A stretch of DNA of 63,955 nt, counting the filler, from Octopus bimaculoides (lineage: Eukaryota), in NCBI RefSeq assembly GCF_001194135.2. It is 7 parts of 7 records of this genome, joined end to end, with 100 filler letters (N's around TTAATTAATTAA, not from the genome) between each part and the next. Parts side by side here need not be neighbours in the genome. Positions count along the whole stretch, not along the records: positions 1 to 10,474 come from NC_069002.1; positions 10,575 to 27,275 come from NC_068981.1; 5 more parts are not named here. One strand, 5' to 3'. This document shows, one piece after another, positions 1-13,380 of the stretch. The translations under genes and the position numbers were made by a program. Position 1 is the stretch's first letter, and each line of letters begins with the position of its first letter. The notes beneath the pieces were generated by a model that was given only the letters and a program-made list of their open reading frames with translations, did not search any database and was not told where the DNA came from.

Positions 1-450
1 ATATATATATATATAAGATAAAGGAATCATTTTATTCTCAAACGCTGGGTAATACTAATAATATAGCATGAACAGGATAAACTACACATATTTTGCATAC
101 ACACACACACACATAAACATATACATTTATATATATGCATATACACATATGTGTGTATATATATTATATTTACATACATATACATTCACGGTGGTGCACC
201 AGCATGACTGCAGCCACTTGGCTGAAACACATAAATAAATAAATGAATACATGCATATGTATGTATGTGTATATTGGATATATATATGTGTGTGTATGTG
301 TGCGTGTGTACATTATATACATATATACATACATATATACATATATATATATGTATGTGTGTGTGTATTATGTATATGTTTATCTATATATGTATATAAT
401 TTTAAAAAATGAAGATTGGAGTTTATCTTATCCCCACTAACCTACAATAT

Positions 451-483
<33 letters not shown>

Positions 484-484
484 T

Positions 485-527
<43 letters not shown>

Positions 528-1554
528 TACATACATACACGCATGTGCAAACAAATACACATGCACTGATNNNNNNNNNNNNNNNNNNNNNNNNNNNNNN
601 NNNNNNNNNNNNNNNNNNNNNNNNNNNNNNNNNNNNNNNNNNNNNNNNNNNNNNNNNNNNNNNNNNNNNNNNNNNNNNNNNNNNNNNNNNNNNNNNNNNN
701 NNNNNNNNNNNNNNNNNNNNNNNNNNNNNNNNNNNNNNNNNNNNNNNNNNNNNNNNNNNNNNNNNNNNNNNNNNNNNNNNNNNNNNNNNNNNNNNNNNNN
801 NNNNNNNNNNNNNNNNNNNNNNNNNNNNNNNNNNNNNNNNNNNNNNNNNNNNNNNNNNNNNNNNNNNNNNNNNNNNNNNNNNNNNNNNNNNNNNNNNNNN
901 NNNNNNNNNNNNNNNNNNNNNNNNNNNNNNNNNNNNNNNNNNNNNNNNNNNNNNNNNNNNNNNNNNNNNNNNNNNNNNNNNNNNNNNNNNNNNNNNNNNN
1001 NNNNNNNNNNNNNNNNNNNNNNNNNNNNNNNNNNNNNNNNNNNNNNNNNNNNNNNNNNNNNNNNNNNNNNNNNNNNNNNNNNNNNNNNNNNNNNNNNNNN
1101 NNNNNNNNNNNNNNNNNNNNNNNNNNNNNNNNNNNNNNNNNNNNNNNNNNNNNNNNNNNNNNNNNNNNNNNNNNNNNNNNNNNNNNNNNNNNNNNNNNNN
1201 NNNNNNNNNNNNNNNNNNNNNNNNNNNNNNNNNNNNNNNNNNNNNNNNNNNNNNNNNNNNNNNNNNNNNNNNNNNNNNNNNNNNNNNNNNNNNNNNNNNN
1301 NNNNNNNNNNNNNNNNNNNNNNNNNNNNNNNNNNNNNNNNNNNNNNNNNNNNNNNNNNNNNNNNNNNNNNNNNNNNNNNNNNNNNNNNNNNNNNNNNNNN
1401 NNNNNNNNNNNNNNNNNNNNNNNNNNNNNNNNNNNNNNNNNNNNNNNNNNNNNNNNNNNNNNNNNNNNNNNNNNNNNNNNNNNNNNNNNNNNNNNNNNNN
1501 NNNNNNNNNNNNNNNNNNNNNNNNNNNNNNNNNNNNNNNNNNNNNNNNNNNNNN

Positions 1555-1605
<51 letters not shown>

Positions 1606-1607
1606 TG

Positions 1608-1652
<45 letters not shown>

Positions 1653-2429
1653 AACGCAAAGTTTTAATGGCGGTGCCCCAGCATGACCACAGCTCGTGAG
1701 CTGAAACTAGATAAAATGAAAGTAAAATGAAAATGAAATACATATATATATAAAGTTTTAAAAACTCTTGAGTGCGCTTTCCAAAGCTTCACTGCGAGTA
1801 TCGGCTACCAAAAGCTATTAGACACTGGAACTTCTACTGTCACTGGATATACATGTTGAGACACTGTAAAAACCTGCAGAGTTTATATAAGATTATTAAT
1901 TAAAAGCGAGCGACTGAATTTACCTTTTTACATACTACAACAATTGTTTCGACACATCATCACATGTTGAATATTTGAGTTTGGTGCAAGGCACGAGAGA
2001 GAGTGTATATAGTATCACTTATCTTTATTTGTTGCTTTCTTACTTGTTTCAGTCATTGGTCATCTGAAAAATTCTGGAAGAACTTGCACCATACTTTGGT
2101 ACTGAAAGTTTCACTAGCACGAGGACTGGCCCTCTTTGCAGAGTGCCAAAGATCCAGCATTTAATGTAATTTTATTTAAACAAGGTTCTTTATTTTATTA
2201 CAGGAATAACAGAAAAACAACTACTTACACAAACTACAAAAAAAGTACAAATTCCATATTACAAACGAAACAGTTAGAAATGGCAACTTATTAAATGAGA
2301 CATTTGTTGCTGATTATTGTTCGATAGCTTCTTCAAATCAGGTGAAATATTTGTCGATGACAGGAGCAAAACATCATTCACAGGAAGAATTTAAATAATT
2401 AAATACAGAAGACATACATACATACATAC

Positions 2430-2590
2430 ATGATGATGATGGCCGTCCACTCGTGACCAAGGAAGATCATTGCCGACCTTCAGGAACATTGTACGCTCTA
2501 GGACTAATATTTTGCATTTGCGGCTCCGCTGGTGGCTAATGAGCCCTGCTCTTGATAAGCATACACGATTGCAAACATTGCAGATTAAGC
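2430..2590 (-). mobile_element. 3' end of an RTE-clade LINE
   Basis: Minus strand encodes LICNVCNRVCLSRAGLISHQRSRKC (RTE C-terminal CCHC-like motif), followed by a short 3' UTR ending ggacggcc(atc)n. Confidence 0.65.
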
Positions 2591-3078
2591 ATTATACATA
2601 CATACATACATACATACATACAAGATGGCGCCAACAAGATCAGACGTGCAAGCATAGAAGGCCGTTTAAAATTCATTTTTGAACGTTTCTTTCTACGACT
2701 TTTAGTATATTTCATTTTCGATAAAAGTTGTTCACAAGCATATCTATTTCCAATAAAAGAGTGGAAATTGAACCGGTGAGTGTGTTAATTAATAAGGCAT
2801 TAATTCAGAAATACTCTCCCCAGACACAACAAAATGATATCATCGTTTTCGCAATATTTACGATGCTTTTTATATTTTCCGTTTTGGCAATACATATTTC
2901 TTGTAAAAGTCCCACGTGGATCCAAACTGAAATTTCGATATCAAAAATTCTAGCAGCTACACCTTCTTAAGATTCAAAGGATGATGTACAAAACAAGATG
3001 TTTTCCTTCACAACCTTGCTACCTTGGCGGGTCACAATTTATTCTACTTTGATAATGAGAAAGAGAACATACATACGA

Positions 3079-3111
<33 letters not shown>

Positions 3112-3591
3112 CGTACGTACGTAAATACATACATACATTTGTACATGCATACAAGCTTACATATGTACATACATGCATACATACACGCAAACATATATGC
3201 ACACACATGCATATATACACACACATACATTCATACGTGCACATACATACATGCATAGACACATACATAAATACATAATACATAAATGCATACATACATA
3301 CATACATACATACAAACATTCAAACATACATACATACATACATACATACATACATACATACATACATACATACATACATGTGTTTACATATTCTCCTATT
3401 TCATTTGTCACTCTCATTTGACACAACGTTGTCTCTAACTCGACGAATATTTTTATTTCAGTTTTTTTTTGTTTTTTTTTCATTTTATTTATTTATTTAT
3501 TTATTTGCAATTTCTCTTTGTCCGCGTGGCAATTAAAATATTATTTTTCGGATATTATTATCATTGTTGTTGTTCTTATTACCAGCATCAT

Positions 3592-3649
<58 letters not shown>

Positions 3650-4031
3650 GCTACTACTACTACTACTCATCTTCTCTCTGTCTGCCTGCATCTGGTTACA
3701 ATTTAGAGAAACATGGGAGTGCTTTTTTAAACAAAAACAGAATAACTACCAACGGTGTCATCTTTCTCTCGCTGCTGCTGTAAACTGTTGTTGCTGTTGT
3801 TGCTGTTGTTTCTGGTGGTGGTGGTGGTGGTGGTGGTGGTGTCATCCTTGTTGTTGCTGCTGTTGTTGCTGTGGTCGTTGTTCTTGCAAGTCATTCTGTT
3901 GTATGTTAAAACGGGTATTAATCGTAATATTACGGAAGGTTTTTATTTTTTTGTAAAAAGAACCTTTATCTTATTTGAATATTTTATTTAAAAAGAAACG
4001 GAAGTTCTTAGAGGGTGTATGTGTGTTTATT

Positions 4032-4084
<53 letters not shown>

Positions 4085-4104
4085 TGTGCGTGAGTTTTAA
4101 TATA

Positions 4105-5353
4105 TTAGGTTGGCCAAAATGTCCGTTCGGTTTTTATCGATTCTAAGCTTTAAGCACTCTAGTAAGCAGCTAACTTCAGTATGGCCCTTGCGCATGCGTA
4201 CTTGTTACATACTTGACACTTCCAACATAGTTCGACACGAACTTGCGGCGAGGACTTGCGACAGGACAGATTGTATTTCGTGAGTTTGGGATCACCCTGA
4301 GCATGAACAACCAAGACAAACATTATCGATACCTCATGCTTTTTTATTTATTTAAAAAAGGCAAGAAAGCGGCGGAAACCAGCAAGAATATAAGAGCTGA
4401 GTAACGAGAGGATGCTGCTACGGAACGTGTGCCAGAAGAAGTTTTCAATATTTCGATCGAGAAAATTTTCGTTCAAAATGCACTTTGCTCTGGTCTGGGC
4501 GGCAACAGCGACAAAATGAAGTTAGTTGAAACCAACTCCCGTTAAATGATGAGGAGGATCACAGATGTTCTCCAGATATCCAAATCGAGTGCTGAAAACC
4601 ATCTGCATCAGTTTGGTTACGTCAGCAGGCTCGATGTTTGGTCCCACATCAATTGAAAGAGGTTAACTTCGCCCAACGGATCTCCAGCTGCGATTCGTTG
4701 CAGAAACGTGACAGGTACAGAGAATGGTGACAGGTACCAAAAATGGATCGTCTATAACAATATGAACAGCAAACGATTAGAAGCGAAGCACGGTGAACCA
4801 CCACGAACAACCTCCAAAGCAGAACTTCAGCCGAATAAGGTTATGCTTTCAATTTGGTGGGATTGGAAGGGTGTTGTCTTTTGCGATCTTCTTCCCATGG
4901 AGAATACCATCAATTCGAATGTGTACTGTGACCAGCTGGACAAATGAAACACAGCGATCCACCAGATGTGTCCAGTAATTGTCAATCGTAAGGACATGGT
5001 CTTTCACCACGACAATACTAGGCCGCATACGTCTTTGCATACGGACAGAAGCTACTGGGGCTTGGCTACGATGTTAGCAACCTCCATGTTCACTCGACTT
5101 TGCGCTTTCAGATTTCCACCTGTTTCGGTCTCTTCAAAATTCTTTGAATGTACAAACCTTCAATTCTGAAGAGGATGTGAAAATTCACATGGAAGAGTTT
5201 TCCGCCAGTAAAGACAGGAAATTCTTTGAACAAGGAATAATGCAAGATAGCAGAAGATACTAGAATAAAACGGTAATTATAATCATTCATTGAATAAATC
5301 ACTTTGCGCTTAATACTTTAGTCTTATTTTTTGGCAGATTTTTTGGCCGTTAA
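4105..5353 (+). mobile_element. Decayed near-full-length mariner (DD34D) transposon
   Basis: Left TIR TA-ttaggttggccaaaatgtccgttcgg and degenerate right end ttttggccgttaa-TA. Frameshifted transposase motifs: KKGKKAAET, WSPHQL (WVPHEL), KWIVYNN, KVMLSIWWDWKGVV, INSNVYCDQL, FHHDNTRPH. Confidence 0.85.
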
Positions 5354-5362
5354 TATGTTTAT

Positions 5363-5525
5363 ATTGGAGCAAACATGGTTGTGTAGTTAAGAAGTACGAA
5401 TTGCAACAACGTGGTTTCGTGTTCAATCTCACTGCGCAGCATCTTAGGCAGGTGTGCTCTGCTATAAGCCTCGGGCGAACCAATGTCTTGTGAGTAAATT
5501 TGTTTGACAGAAACACATATACAAA
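5363..5525 (+). mobile_element. tRNA-derived SINE family A, 5' part
   Basis: A box-like tggttgtgtagttaaga and B box-like gtgttcaatctc, followed by a body homologous to the minus-strand copy at 60622-60964. Confidence 0.65.
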
Positions 5526-5554
5526 CGTTATGCTCAGCTGGTAAAAAAAAAAAA

Positions 5555-5731
5555 GAGAGTAGTACCTGTATTTCAAGGGCCAGCCTTGTCATACTCAGTG
5601 ACACGCTGAATCTCCTTGAGAAGTATGTGAAGGGGTACGCGTGTCTGTGGAGTGCTCAGCCACTTGTACGTTAATTTCACGAGCAAGCTGTTCTGTTGAT
5701 CGTATCAGCTGGGACCTTCGTCGTCGTAACT
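5555..5731 (+). mobile_element. SINE family B, 3' part
   Basis: agtagtacctgtatttcaagggccagccttgtc...cgtcgtcgtaac is closely similar to 53458-53630. Confidence 0.65.
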
Positions 5732-6192
5732 GTGTGTGTGTNNNNNNNNNNNNNNNNNNNNNNNNNNNNNNNNNNNNNNNNNNNNNNNNNNNNNNNNNNN
5801 NNNNNNNNNNNNNNNNNNNNNNNNNNNNNNNNNNNNNNNNNNNNNNNNNNNNNNNNNNNNNNNNNNNNNNNNNNNNNNNNNNNNNNNNNNNNNNNNNNNN
5901 NNNNNNNNNNNNNNNNNNNNNNNNNNNNNNNNNNNNNNNNNNNNNNNNNNNNNNNNNNNNNNNNNNNNNNNNNNNNNNNNNNNNNNNNNNNNNNNNNNNN
6001 NNNNNNNNNNNNNNNNNNNNNNNNNNNNNNNNNNNNNNNNNNNNNNNNNNNNNNNNNNNNNNNNNNNNNNNNNNNNNNNNNNNNNNNNNNNNNNNNNNNN
6101 NNNNNNNNNNNNNNNNNNNNNNNNNNNNNNNNNCAGGTGTTTTGGAGAAATTTCGAACCTGGGTTCTCATTCCTAAGATATTTTCGATGTTA

Positions 6193-6232
<40 letters not shown>

Positions 6233-6496
6233 TATTCAGGTCTTTGCACCATCTACTTCTTTTTCAGGTCCCATGCACCATCTACTTCTTTAAGAATCTA
6301 CTTCAAAAAATTTTCTTGAGAAATTGTATTTTATTCACTTTAGTGACACCAGTAATTCAAGCCAGAAGAGCAAGTCTTAGTCATTCTCGAGCAAAGAATA
6401 GAAAACGAAAAGTAATAAAAAAAAACAAAAGCTTTCTATCTGTCTGTCTGTCTGTCTGTTTAGCCAGCTAGCTATTATCTATTTATCTACATAAAC

Positions 6497-6531
<35 letters not shown>

Positions 6532-7039
6532 GTCATTGACTAGTTCAAATTTCAGTTGTTTTGCTACTGACGAAGTGTTAAGCCATCAATTTGAAATTTT
6601 TGTTTAATAATTCACACACACACACACACAAGAAAGAAACAAAAAAACCTCAAGCAAATCTGCCCACACATATATATTGCTACATTTAAATTTCGTTATT
6701 CTGCTGATATCCTGTGATACCTAGAAAAAGGTAAGACTGTATTCCCTTTTTTCTTTTATTCTTTTAGTAGATTCTGTCGTAGGACTGTGGCTACACTGGA
6801 GCACCACCTTAATATATATTTTTTTAGTTTTATTGTCGTTTTATGATTCGAAGTTGGCCTATCATTGAGTTTAGAGCAGCTGATCTTCCTTGACTGAGTC
6901 CTTGAACGGTTAAGAGTTTTAGCCAATTTCCTTTTTATTTATTTTTTTTTTGTCTTGTTTTTGTTTCAGTACCGGTCCATTTTATGTTTCTGATTTCTTT
7001 GGGTTAGCATTCGAACAACTGAAGAGCTCAAAATATCAG

Positions 7040-7162
7040 ACTAGTACAACAGAGTATTTTTGCTTGGGATTTTGAAGGTGGTACATTTTGGAAACCGAGT
7101 GTATTTACCAGTTTTCTAATACCGAAGTTTGGAACATTTCCTTCCAGGATTTTCCAAGTTTT
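7040..7162 (-). mobile_element. C-terminal fragment of a CR1/L2-group LINE ORF2
   Basis: KTWKILEGNVPNFGI resembles the recalled (YT)WKILEG.VPN.GI tail of invertebrate CR1/L2-group elements; cut by a gap. Confidence 0.45.
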
Positions 7163-7425
7163 NNNNNNNNNNNNNNNNNNNNNNNNNNNNNNNNNNNNNN
7201 NNNNNNNNNNNNNNNNNNNNNNNNNNNNNNNNNNNNNNNNNNNNNNNNNNNNNNNNNNNNNNNNNNNNNNNNNNNNNNNNNNNNNNNNNNNNNNNNNNNN
7301 NNNNNNNNNNNNNNNNNNNNNNNNNNNNNNNNNNNNNNNNNNNNNNNNNNNNNNNNNNNNNNNNNNNNNNNNNNNNNNNNNNNNNNNNNNNNNNNNNNNN
7401 NNNNNNNNNNNNNNNNNNNNNNNNN

Positions 7426-7458
<33 letters not shown>

Positions 7459-8776
7459 AATATTGCAGAATCAACATTCTTGTTTATGTTATAATACGAG
7501 CCGTAACAAGGAGTCCTTTTGTCTATTGACTCACACTCCAGACTCCTCCGAATATTAATCTGCATCTGAGTATCAGATATCGAAACTATTTCTTATAGAG
7601 TACAGAATTTTATATCATATAAAACGCACTTTTTTTGTTGAAAAATGTCTCGGAAAATCTCCCCGCGTCCTATATACAAAGTTAGGCCTATATTATATGC
7701 TTTAATGCACTAAAAACTTTTTATCTTGAATATACGCAGCTGAAATTGTGATGCGTCTTATACGCCTGTACATTTTTTTATGCCATCAAATATGGAGCCT
7801 GCTTCACAAGGAAAATGTAAATAATTGTGATATTACTAGAAACACCCCCACTACCACACAACACACCACCATGCACGACTGTAGTAGTCAAGAACAACTG
7901 AAGTACAATCCTCCATGTTGTATATAAGACTATATATAAAAGATAATAATTTTAGCTTTATAAGCCTTAGATAATAGCTGCGATATTTTAATATGGAACA
8001 ATAGGCGTTTCAATTCAATTGAAACTTTGCTTCGCTTTAGACATGATAGCTGTGTTTTTGGTTATGATTCTATGACTCACTTGATATATGGAATGTAGCA
8101 TATGCTGGTATAGATTCAAGAATAAAATAAATAAATAATAATTCATGACAGCCATATAAAAACTATAAAATACCAGACACAGTATATAAAATCATTTTGT
8201 GTACAAAAACATACACAATGCACAACTCCTCAAGCACATATAAATGTTTGTATGTATATACGTGTATATGTCTATATATTAATGGACGGGGGTCGAAGCA
8301 CAACCATTTTTAAGGAACCTTAATTCCACGGTATACACAGAGTTTCATATAGTATTTTAAATAAAATATATGAAAATTAGGGTTACGTGACCCCAGTCAG
8401 TACCCCTCGCATACATCCCCACAATTAAATACCCTAATTTTCTATATTAATCATATAATTTCTTATACTTATATATTAAATTGCTTGTGGATATAAAACA
8501 TTTGATTATATTTCACTGTAGAAACCTTGCTTAAAACATCTGATGAGTAAAGATAGCAAAGACAATTGGTAGGTAGTTACCCTTCCAACATGGTAAAATT
8601 ACAACTTTTCAATATGTGTTAAATGATTTTTATTTTTTTAGAAAATGTATACATTTGTTAAATGAATTTCTTTTGTTTTTCAGATTATTTCAGAGCTAAA
8701 TTGTATTATAATTTTACAAAAGTACCTACATAAATTTATACTGTAATAATTTAAGTATATAAATATAAAATTATAT

Positions 8777-9345
8777 TATGGCAACTAGAAGTAAAAGCCG
8801 TAATTCAGTATTTAGATTTCCTGCAGAATTTCCTACAGCAATGACCCCATCAAAGGCTGATGCATTCTGACATTATTTATACATAAGAAAACTTGAAGAA
8901 CAGATATCGAAAACTTCACCCACAGCGAAAGAATGCTACCGGATTGTTGCTGCAGATGTGCAAACAATATGAGACAAATTTTCTTTTCCTTATACTGGGT
9001 TTGAGAGAATAGCTCTTATAAATTAAACAAAATACCTATCAAGCAAAGAGGAGATAGTTTTGATAAGAAATTAGGGGGGGGGGGGTTCAATGAAATGTTT
9101 GATATATGAACCTGCACATGAGGGGTCCAATGAAATGTTTGACAATTGCACCTGCACGTGTTATGACAAACGAATAAAAAGATCTGACAGTCATAGCCAA
9201 TACCTCTTCCTTGTCATAGTCAAGGAATCGAGCAAGCTGTCAATTTAGTGACAAAAACTTCTGAAGTCAGAAGAGGCAACGAAAATAGGCACAAATTCAT
9301 ATTAAATGTGCAGAAATCACTACAAAGTTTACTTCACTTTGACTG
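8777..9345 (+). mobile_element. Internally deleted hAT-like (possibly hATm) transposase remnant
   Basis: N-terminal MATRSKSRNSVFRFPAEFP..., then a C-terminal motif CHSQGIEQAVNLVTKTSEV.RGNENRHKFI resembling PCHTQAVERCVKLVTEAS. The family assignment is from memory. Confidence 0.4.
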
Positions 9346-10474
9346 GAAAAGACAATGGTCTTTTCCAGTCAAATACTATTAATGCTTATTTTATGGTGTT
9401 CACTGTTCATGTATTTTGTTTCAGATTCGTGCATAGTTTTTGGGGTTTTTTTTTTTTTTGCACATCATTATAGACATTAAGAATTTACCTTTTTTTTACT
9501 TTGAAAGTGCTTTTCTGAATAAAGGCTTTATTTATAACCAAATTAATACAAACTATATAAATAAATAAAGATTCCATTAACTGAGGGGGAGGGTTCAGGC
9601 GGTTGCTATGGCATATTTTTCAAACGCAAATTTCATATAAATTCTCTTGCATATCCATGCACTGTCTGTAGTAGTGTTTCTAGCTTTCGACGCTTGTAAT
9701 AAAGTTAATTGAGTTTGTGGTTCGTTCGGGACGGGTATATGTCCAAAGCCTTGTAGTTTAAAGCGTTTTTGAGTGTGGGTAAGTAGAGAATGTTTCTTCC
9801 CTTTTGTTAAGAATGTTTGCCAGTACACTCAGTATGTTCACAGGTTGATTTTAAGCACATACCAGAGATTATTGATTGAGATTCCACAACATGAAACTAG
9901 TATTTTGGAGGAAATGGCAGTCGATTAAATTATCTCCAGTGTTTTCGTTACCCTATCGGCCCAAAATGGATAGAAAGGCAAGTGAATCTTGTATCATATG
10001 AACTCAGAAAGCAAAGGGACGTAATCTAATATCTGTTTCAAACACCAGGAGTCAATGGACAGAACCGGAAAAAATTCTGCTAAGTATTGCTAACCATTCT
10101 GCCCACTCGCCACTTTAATAGATATATACACGTATGCACCTTTGAATGTACATCTGTGCATATGTAAATATAAACACTTGCACACTCATGTATACCACAA
10201 GTTGTTTATTTAATTAGTAGTATTCACGCGTAGATACTGTCACATACTGACATTATTTATTTATTATCAGAGAAACAGAACAAACATATCTCTAAGCAGA
10301 TACAGCTACACGCACGCACACGCGCGCTCTAACACATACACACGCGAAATTATGCAAACATGCAACACACACACGCATATATATATATATACAGACAGAC
10401 ACAAGTGCTAGTGCTGGTGGTTGTAGTGGTGATGGTAGTAGTGGTGGTGGTGGTGGTGGTGGTGGTGGTGGTGG

Positions 10475-10574
10475 NNNNNNNNNNNNNNNNNNNNNNNNNN
10501 NNNNNNNNNNNNNNNNNNTTAATTAATTAANNNNNNNNNNNNNNNNNNNNNNNNNNNNNNNNNNNNNNNNNNNN
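10475..10574. other. Artificial scaffold linker (44 N + TTAATTAATTAA + 44 N); the same linker core also lies at 27320, 41060, 56935, 61010 and 62852
   Basis: An identical self-complementary 12-mer with stops in all six frames, centred in 100-bp N blocks six times. This is an assembly artefact marking joins of unknown size. Confidence 0.92.
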
Positions 10575-11390
10575 AAGGTATTTTCCTCTAGTACTAAATG
10601 TGTAGCCTTGGTGATGAAGTCAGTCTTGGACCCGTGTATAAAGATTCAACATTGAATATATCCCTTCTTGAATTTATTTATCAAATATATACACAGAATA
10701 TATTCAATGTTGAATCTTTATACACGGGTCCAAGACTGACTTCATCACCAAGGCTACACATTTAGTACTAGAGGAAAATACCTTTAATTCGACAATAAAA
10801 CATATCGGCAGATAAAGGGCACGGTTATGGGTACGCGATTTGCGCCCTCATATGCAAACTTAGTTATGGGATACTTAGAAGAAAAGCTCTGTGAGGAAGT
10901 AGAAAAAAACCTTTGGTCAGGAATACAAGAAATATATCATTAAAAAGTGGAACCAGAATTTGTAGTAAAAGAATGTGGAGATAGGAGATGTGGAACGTGT
11001 AACAATACCAACAACTTCAAGTACATAGAAAGTGGTTTCCACATAAAGTTCAAAAGCGGATCCATTTTAAAAATAAATGCAGATATGAACTGTAAAGCAC
11101 AACATCTCATATACTGCATTACCTGCCCAAACTGTAAAGAAAATTACATTGGCGAAACGAATAACTCCCTCTGCCAACGTGCAAGAATTTGCAGGCAACA
11201 TATCCGGCAAGAAGAACTACGAAAGATTCCATTGAGTAAGCATCTTGAAATATGTGGAGACAGAAAGTTCAAAATCTTTCCCTTTTACATATGTACCTGG
11301 GACGATCTGCAATACCAAAAGGCAATGGAACTACACTACATAAAAAGATTCTCTCCAAAGTTAAATGTTTGCAAGAGAAAAAAGAAGAGC
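10575..11390 (+). mobile_element. Penelope-like element 1 (RT fragment plus C-terminal GIY-YIG, Neptune-like), internally deleted, with a 5' inversion
   Basis: RT motifs FNVESLYT and FDNKTYRQIKGTVMGTRFAPSYANLVMGYLEEKL. These join directly to CGDRRCGTC...NCKAQHLIYCITCPNCKENYIGET...HLE...ELHYIKRFSPKLN (GIY-YIG endonuclease with Cys linker). Confidence 0.85.
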
Positions 11391-11591
11391 AAAGAGTATG
11401 TTTTGTATGTATGTATATGTATATATGTATGGGTATGATATATATAGTTATTTTATTTTATTAATGTATTTTCATACAGAACTACACCTTACCAAAAATT
11501 AAATAAATAACTGTATGACAGGAATATATTATAAATATAACACAAATATAAAAAGAAAGGACTAAAACAGAAAGGCCAAAAAAACATTTTT

Positions 11592-11797
11592 TTATTTCTT
11601 ATTCGCTATTTTTTCTTTCTGTTTTCTTTTCTTTCTTTTTTCTTTTTCTTTTCTTTCTTTTTTCTTTTTCTTTTCTTTCTTTTTTCTTTTTCTTTTCTTT
11701 CTTTTTTCTTTTTCTTTTCTTTCTTTTTTCTTTTTCTTTTCTTTCTTTTTTCTTTTTCTTTTCTTTCTTTTTCCTTTTTCTTTTCTTTCTTTTCTTA
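11592..11797. repeat. Polypyrimidine (TTTTC/TTTC)n compound repeat
   Basis: Direct reading. The Lys/Arg/Glu-rich ORFs here are artefacts of the repeat. Confidence 0.9.
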
Positions 11798-12473
11798 CCA
11801 TCCCTAGAAACCATTTCAAAACAATGGTGTCAGTAGTAAACAAGTTTTTACTTTTATTTATATATTTATAAAGAATAAGCAGTTTTGAATGGTACAACAA
11901 TGCACTATAATACAAAAAAATGGACTATATACCTGTTGTAATTTAGTTATCTATAGTCCAATGATATTTCGGAATACAATTCCTTCTTCAGATATTCTTA
12001 GATGAAGTTTCACCATTCAAAGCTTTTTATTCTTTACAAACAATACACAATGCTTCAAGCGAACCACAATACTCTCTTATATATTTATTTTTTTATTTTG
12101 ACAATCCTTAGACCATTTCAATACAATGAAAAGTGGTGGATAGGAAAATGAATAGCCCTTCTCTCTCTCTTTTACCCTACCTATCTTTCTATCTGTCTGA
12201 CTATCTATCTATCTATCTATCTATCTATCCATCTTCCATTGTCTTCAAGGCCTTATCCCCAAAAAACAAAACAAAAACAATGTTCTCTTATAAACAAAAT
12301 CCCAAAACAACATCTGTTTTATATAAATAAGCTACATATCTGTATATTCACAGAATTGTATTTGACAAGTTTGAAAGATGAATGAAAGTGTTAATATGAA
12401 AATGAAGATATAATAATAAAAAAGTTTTTTCCAAAATTTTGTTGACTTTTTTCAATATTCAATTCTGTACATG

Positions 12474-12505
<32 letters not shown>

Positions 12506-12559
12506 TGTATGTATGTACGTACGTACGTATGTACGTACGTATATATGTATACATATATA

Positions 12560-13380
12560 TGTATTGTAAATGAGGTAGTTCATGAAGGAGTCATATTCAA
12601 TGACTGGCGTAGCACCACCATAATCAACTGCTACAAGGGGAAAGGTGATGCTTATATAGAAATAACGAATGGGGTATCAAATTATTGGATCAGGTGATGA
12701 AAGTTACAGAGAGCGTCATATCCCAAGTAGTTCGCGAGAGAGTTAACCTAAATGAGAGATGCAGTTTGGTTTTTGTGCTTGGCAGAAGCACCACTGTTGC
12801 TATATTTCTGGTAAGGCAAGGGCAGGAGAAATACCTAACCAAAGATAAACCTCTGTAGTTCGCAAAAGCGAAAGTTGACTTGGAGAAGGCCTTTGACAGG
12901 GTCCTCCCCCCATCTCTCTTCTGGTGGTCAATGCAGAGAGGGGGAATAGACAAGTGGCTGGTAAGAGCTTTACAAGTGCAGTACAGGGATGCTGTTAGTA
13001 AGGTGATGGTTGGCAACGAGTATAGTGAAGAATTCTGTGTAGAAGTAGGGGTTCACCAAGGATCAGTCCTCAGCCTCCTCTTATTGATTATAGTCCTCCA
13101 GGCAGTAACAGATGCATTCAAGATAGGCTTCCCTTGGGAGCTCCTCTATGCTAATGACCTTGCTCTAAAAGCAGAGTCACTGCCAGAACTGGAGACGAAG
13201 TTTAGGTTGTGGAAGCAAGGTCTAGAATTGCAGGGCGTTAGTGTTAACCTAACAATAACTAAAGTCTTAGTAAGTCGGACGACTGTCAAATCACAATCCC
13301 CTTCAGGTAGATAGCCCTGCTTGATCTGTAGAAAAGGCGTGGGTAGAAACTCCATACAATGTACCTGGTGTAAGCTATGG
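12560..13380 (+). mobile_element. RTE LINE RT fragment (same family as 15590-18488)
   Basis: DWRSTTIINCYKGKGDA, EKAFDRV, GVHQGSVLSLLL, WELLYANDL, and the start of the PHD finger; contains stops and frameshifts. Confidence 0.85.

Noticed and set aside
2622-2660. AAGATGGCG (YY1-like start motif; also AAAATGGCGGC at 54837)
   Set aside because: The ORF stops after 10 codons at the first site, and no recognisable exon follows either site.
243-3991. Many ORFs rich in Y/I/H/T/V/C/M or in poly-Y/T/L/C/W (also at 20328-20614, 22726-23693, 27320-27640 and 53898-58960)
   Set aside because: They are translations of di-, tri- and tetranucleotide microsatellites, or run through N gaps; no coding evidence.
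10519-10530. Recurrent palindrome TTAATTAATTAA (six times) as a possible regulatory or recombination site
   Set aside because: It is always centred in an exact 100-bp N block and gives stops in all frames, so it is an assembly linker.
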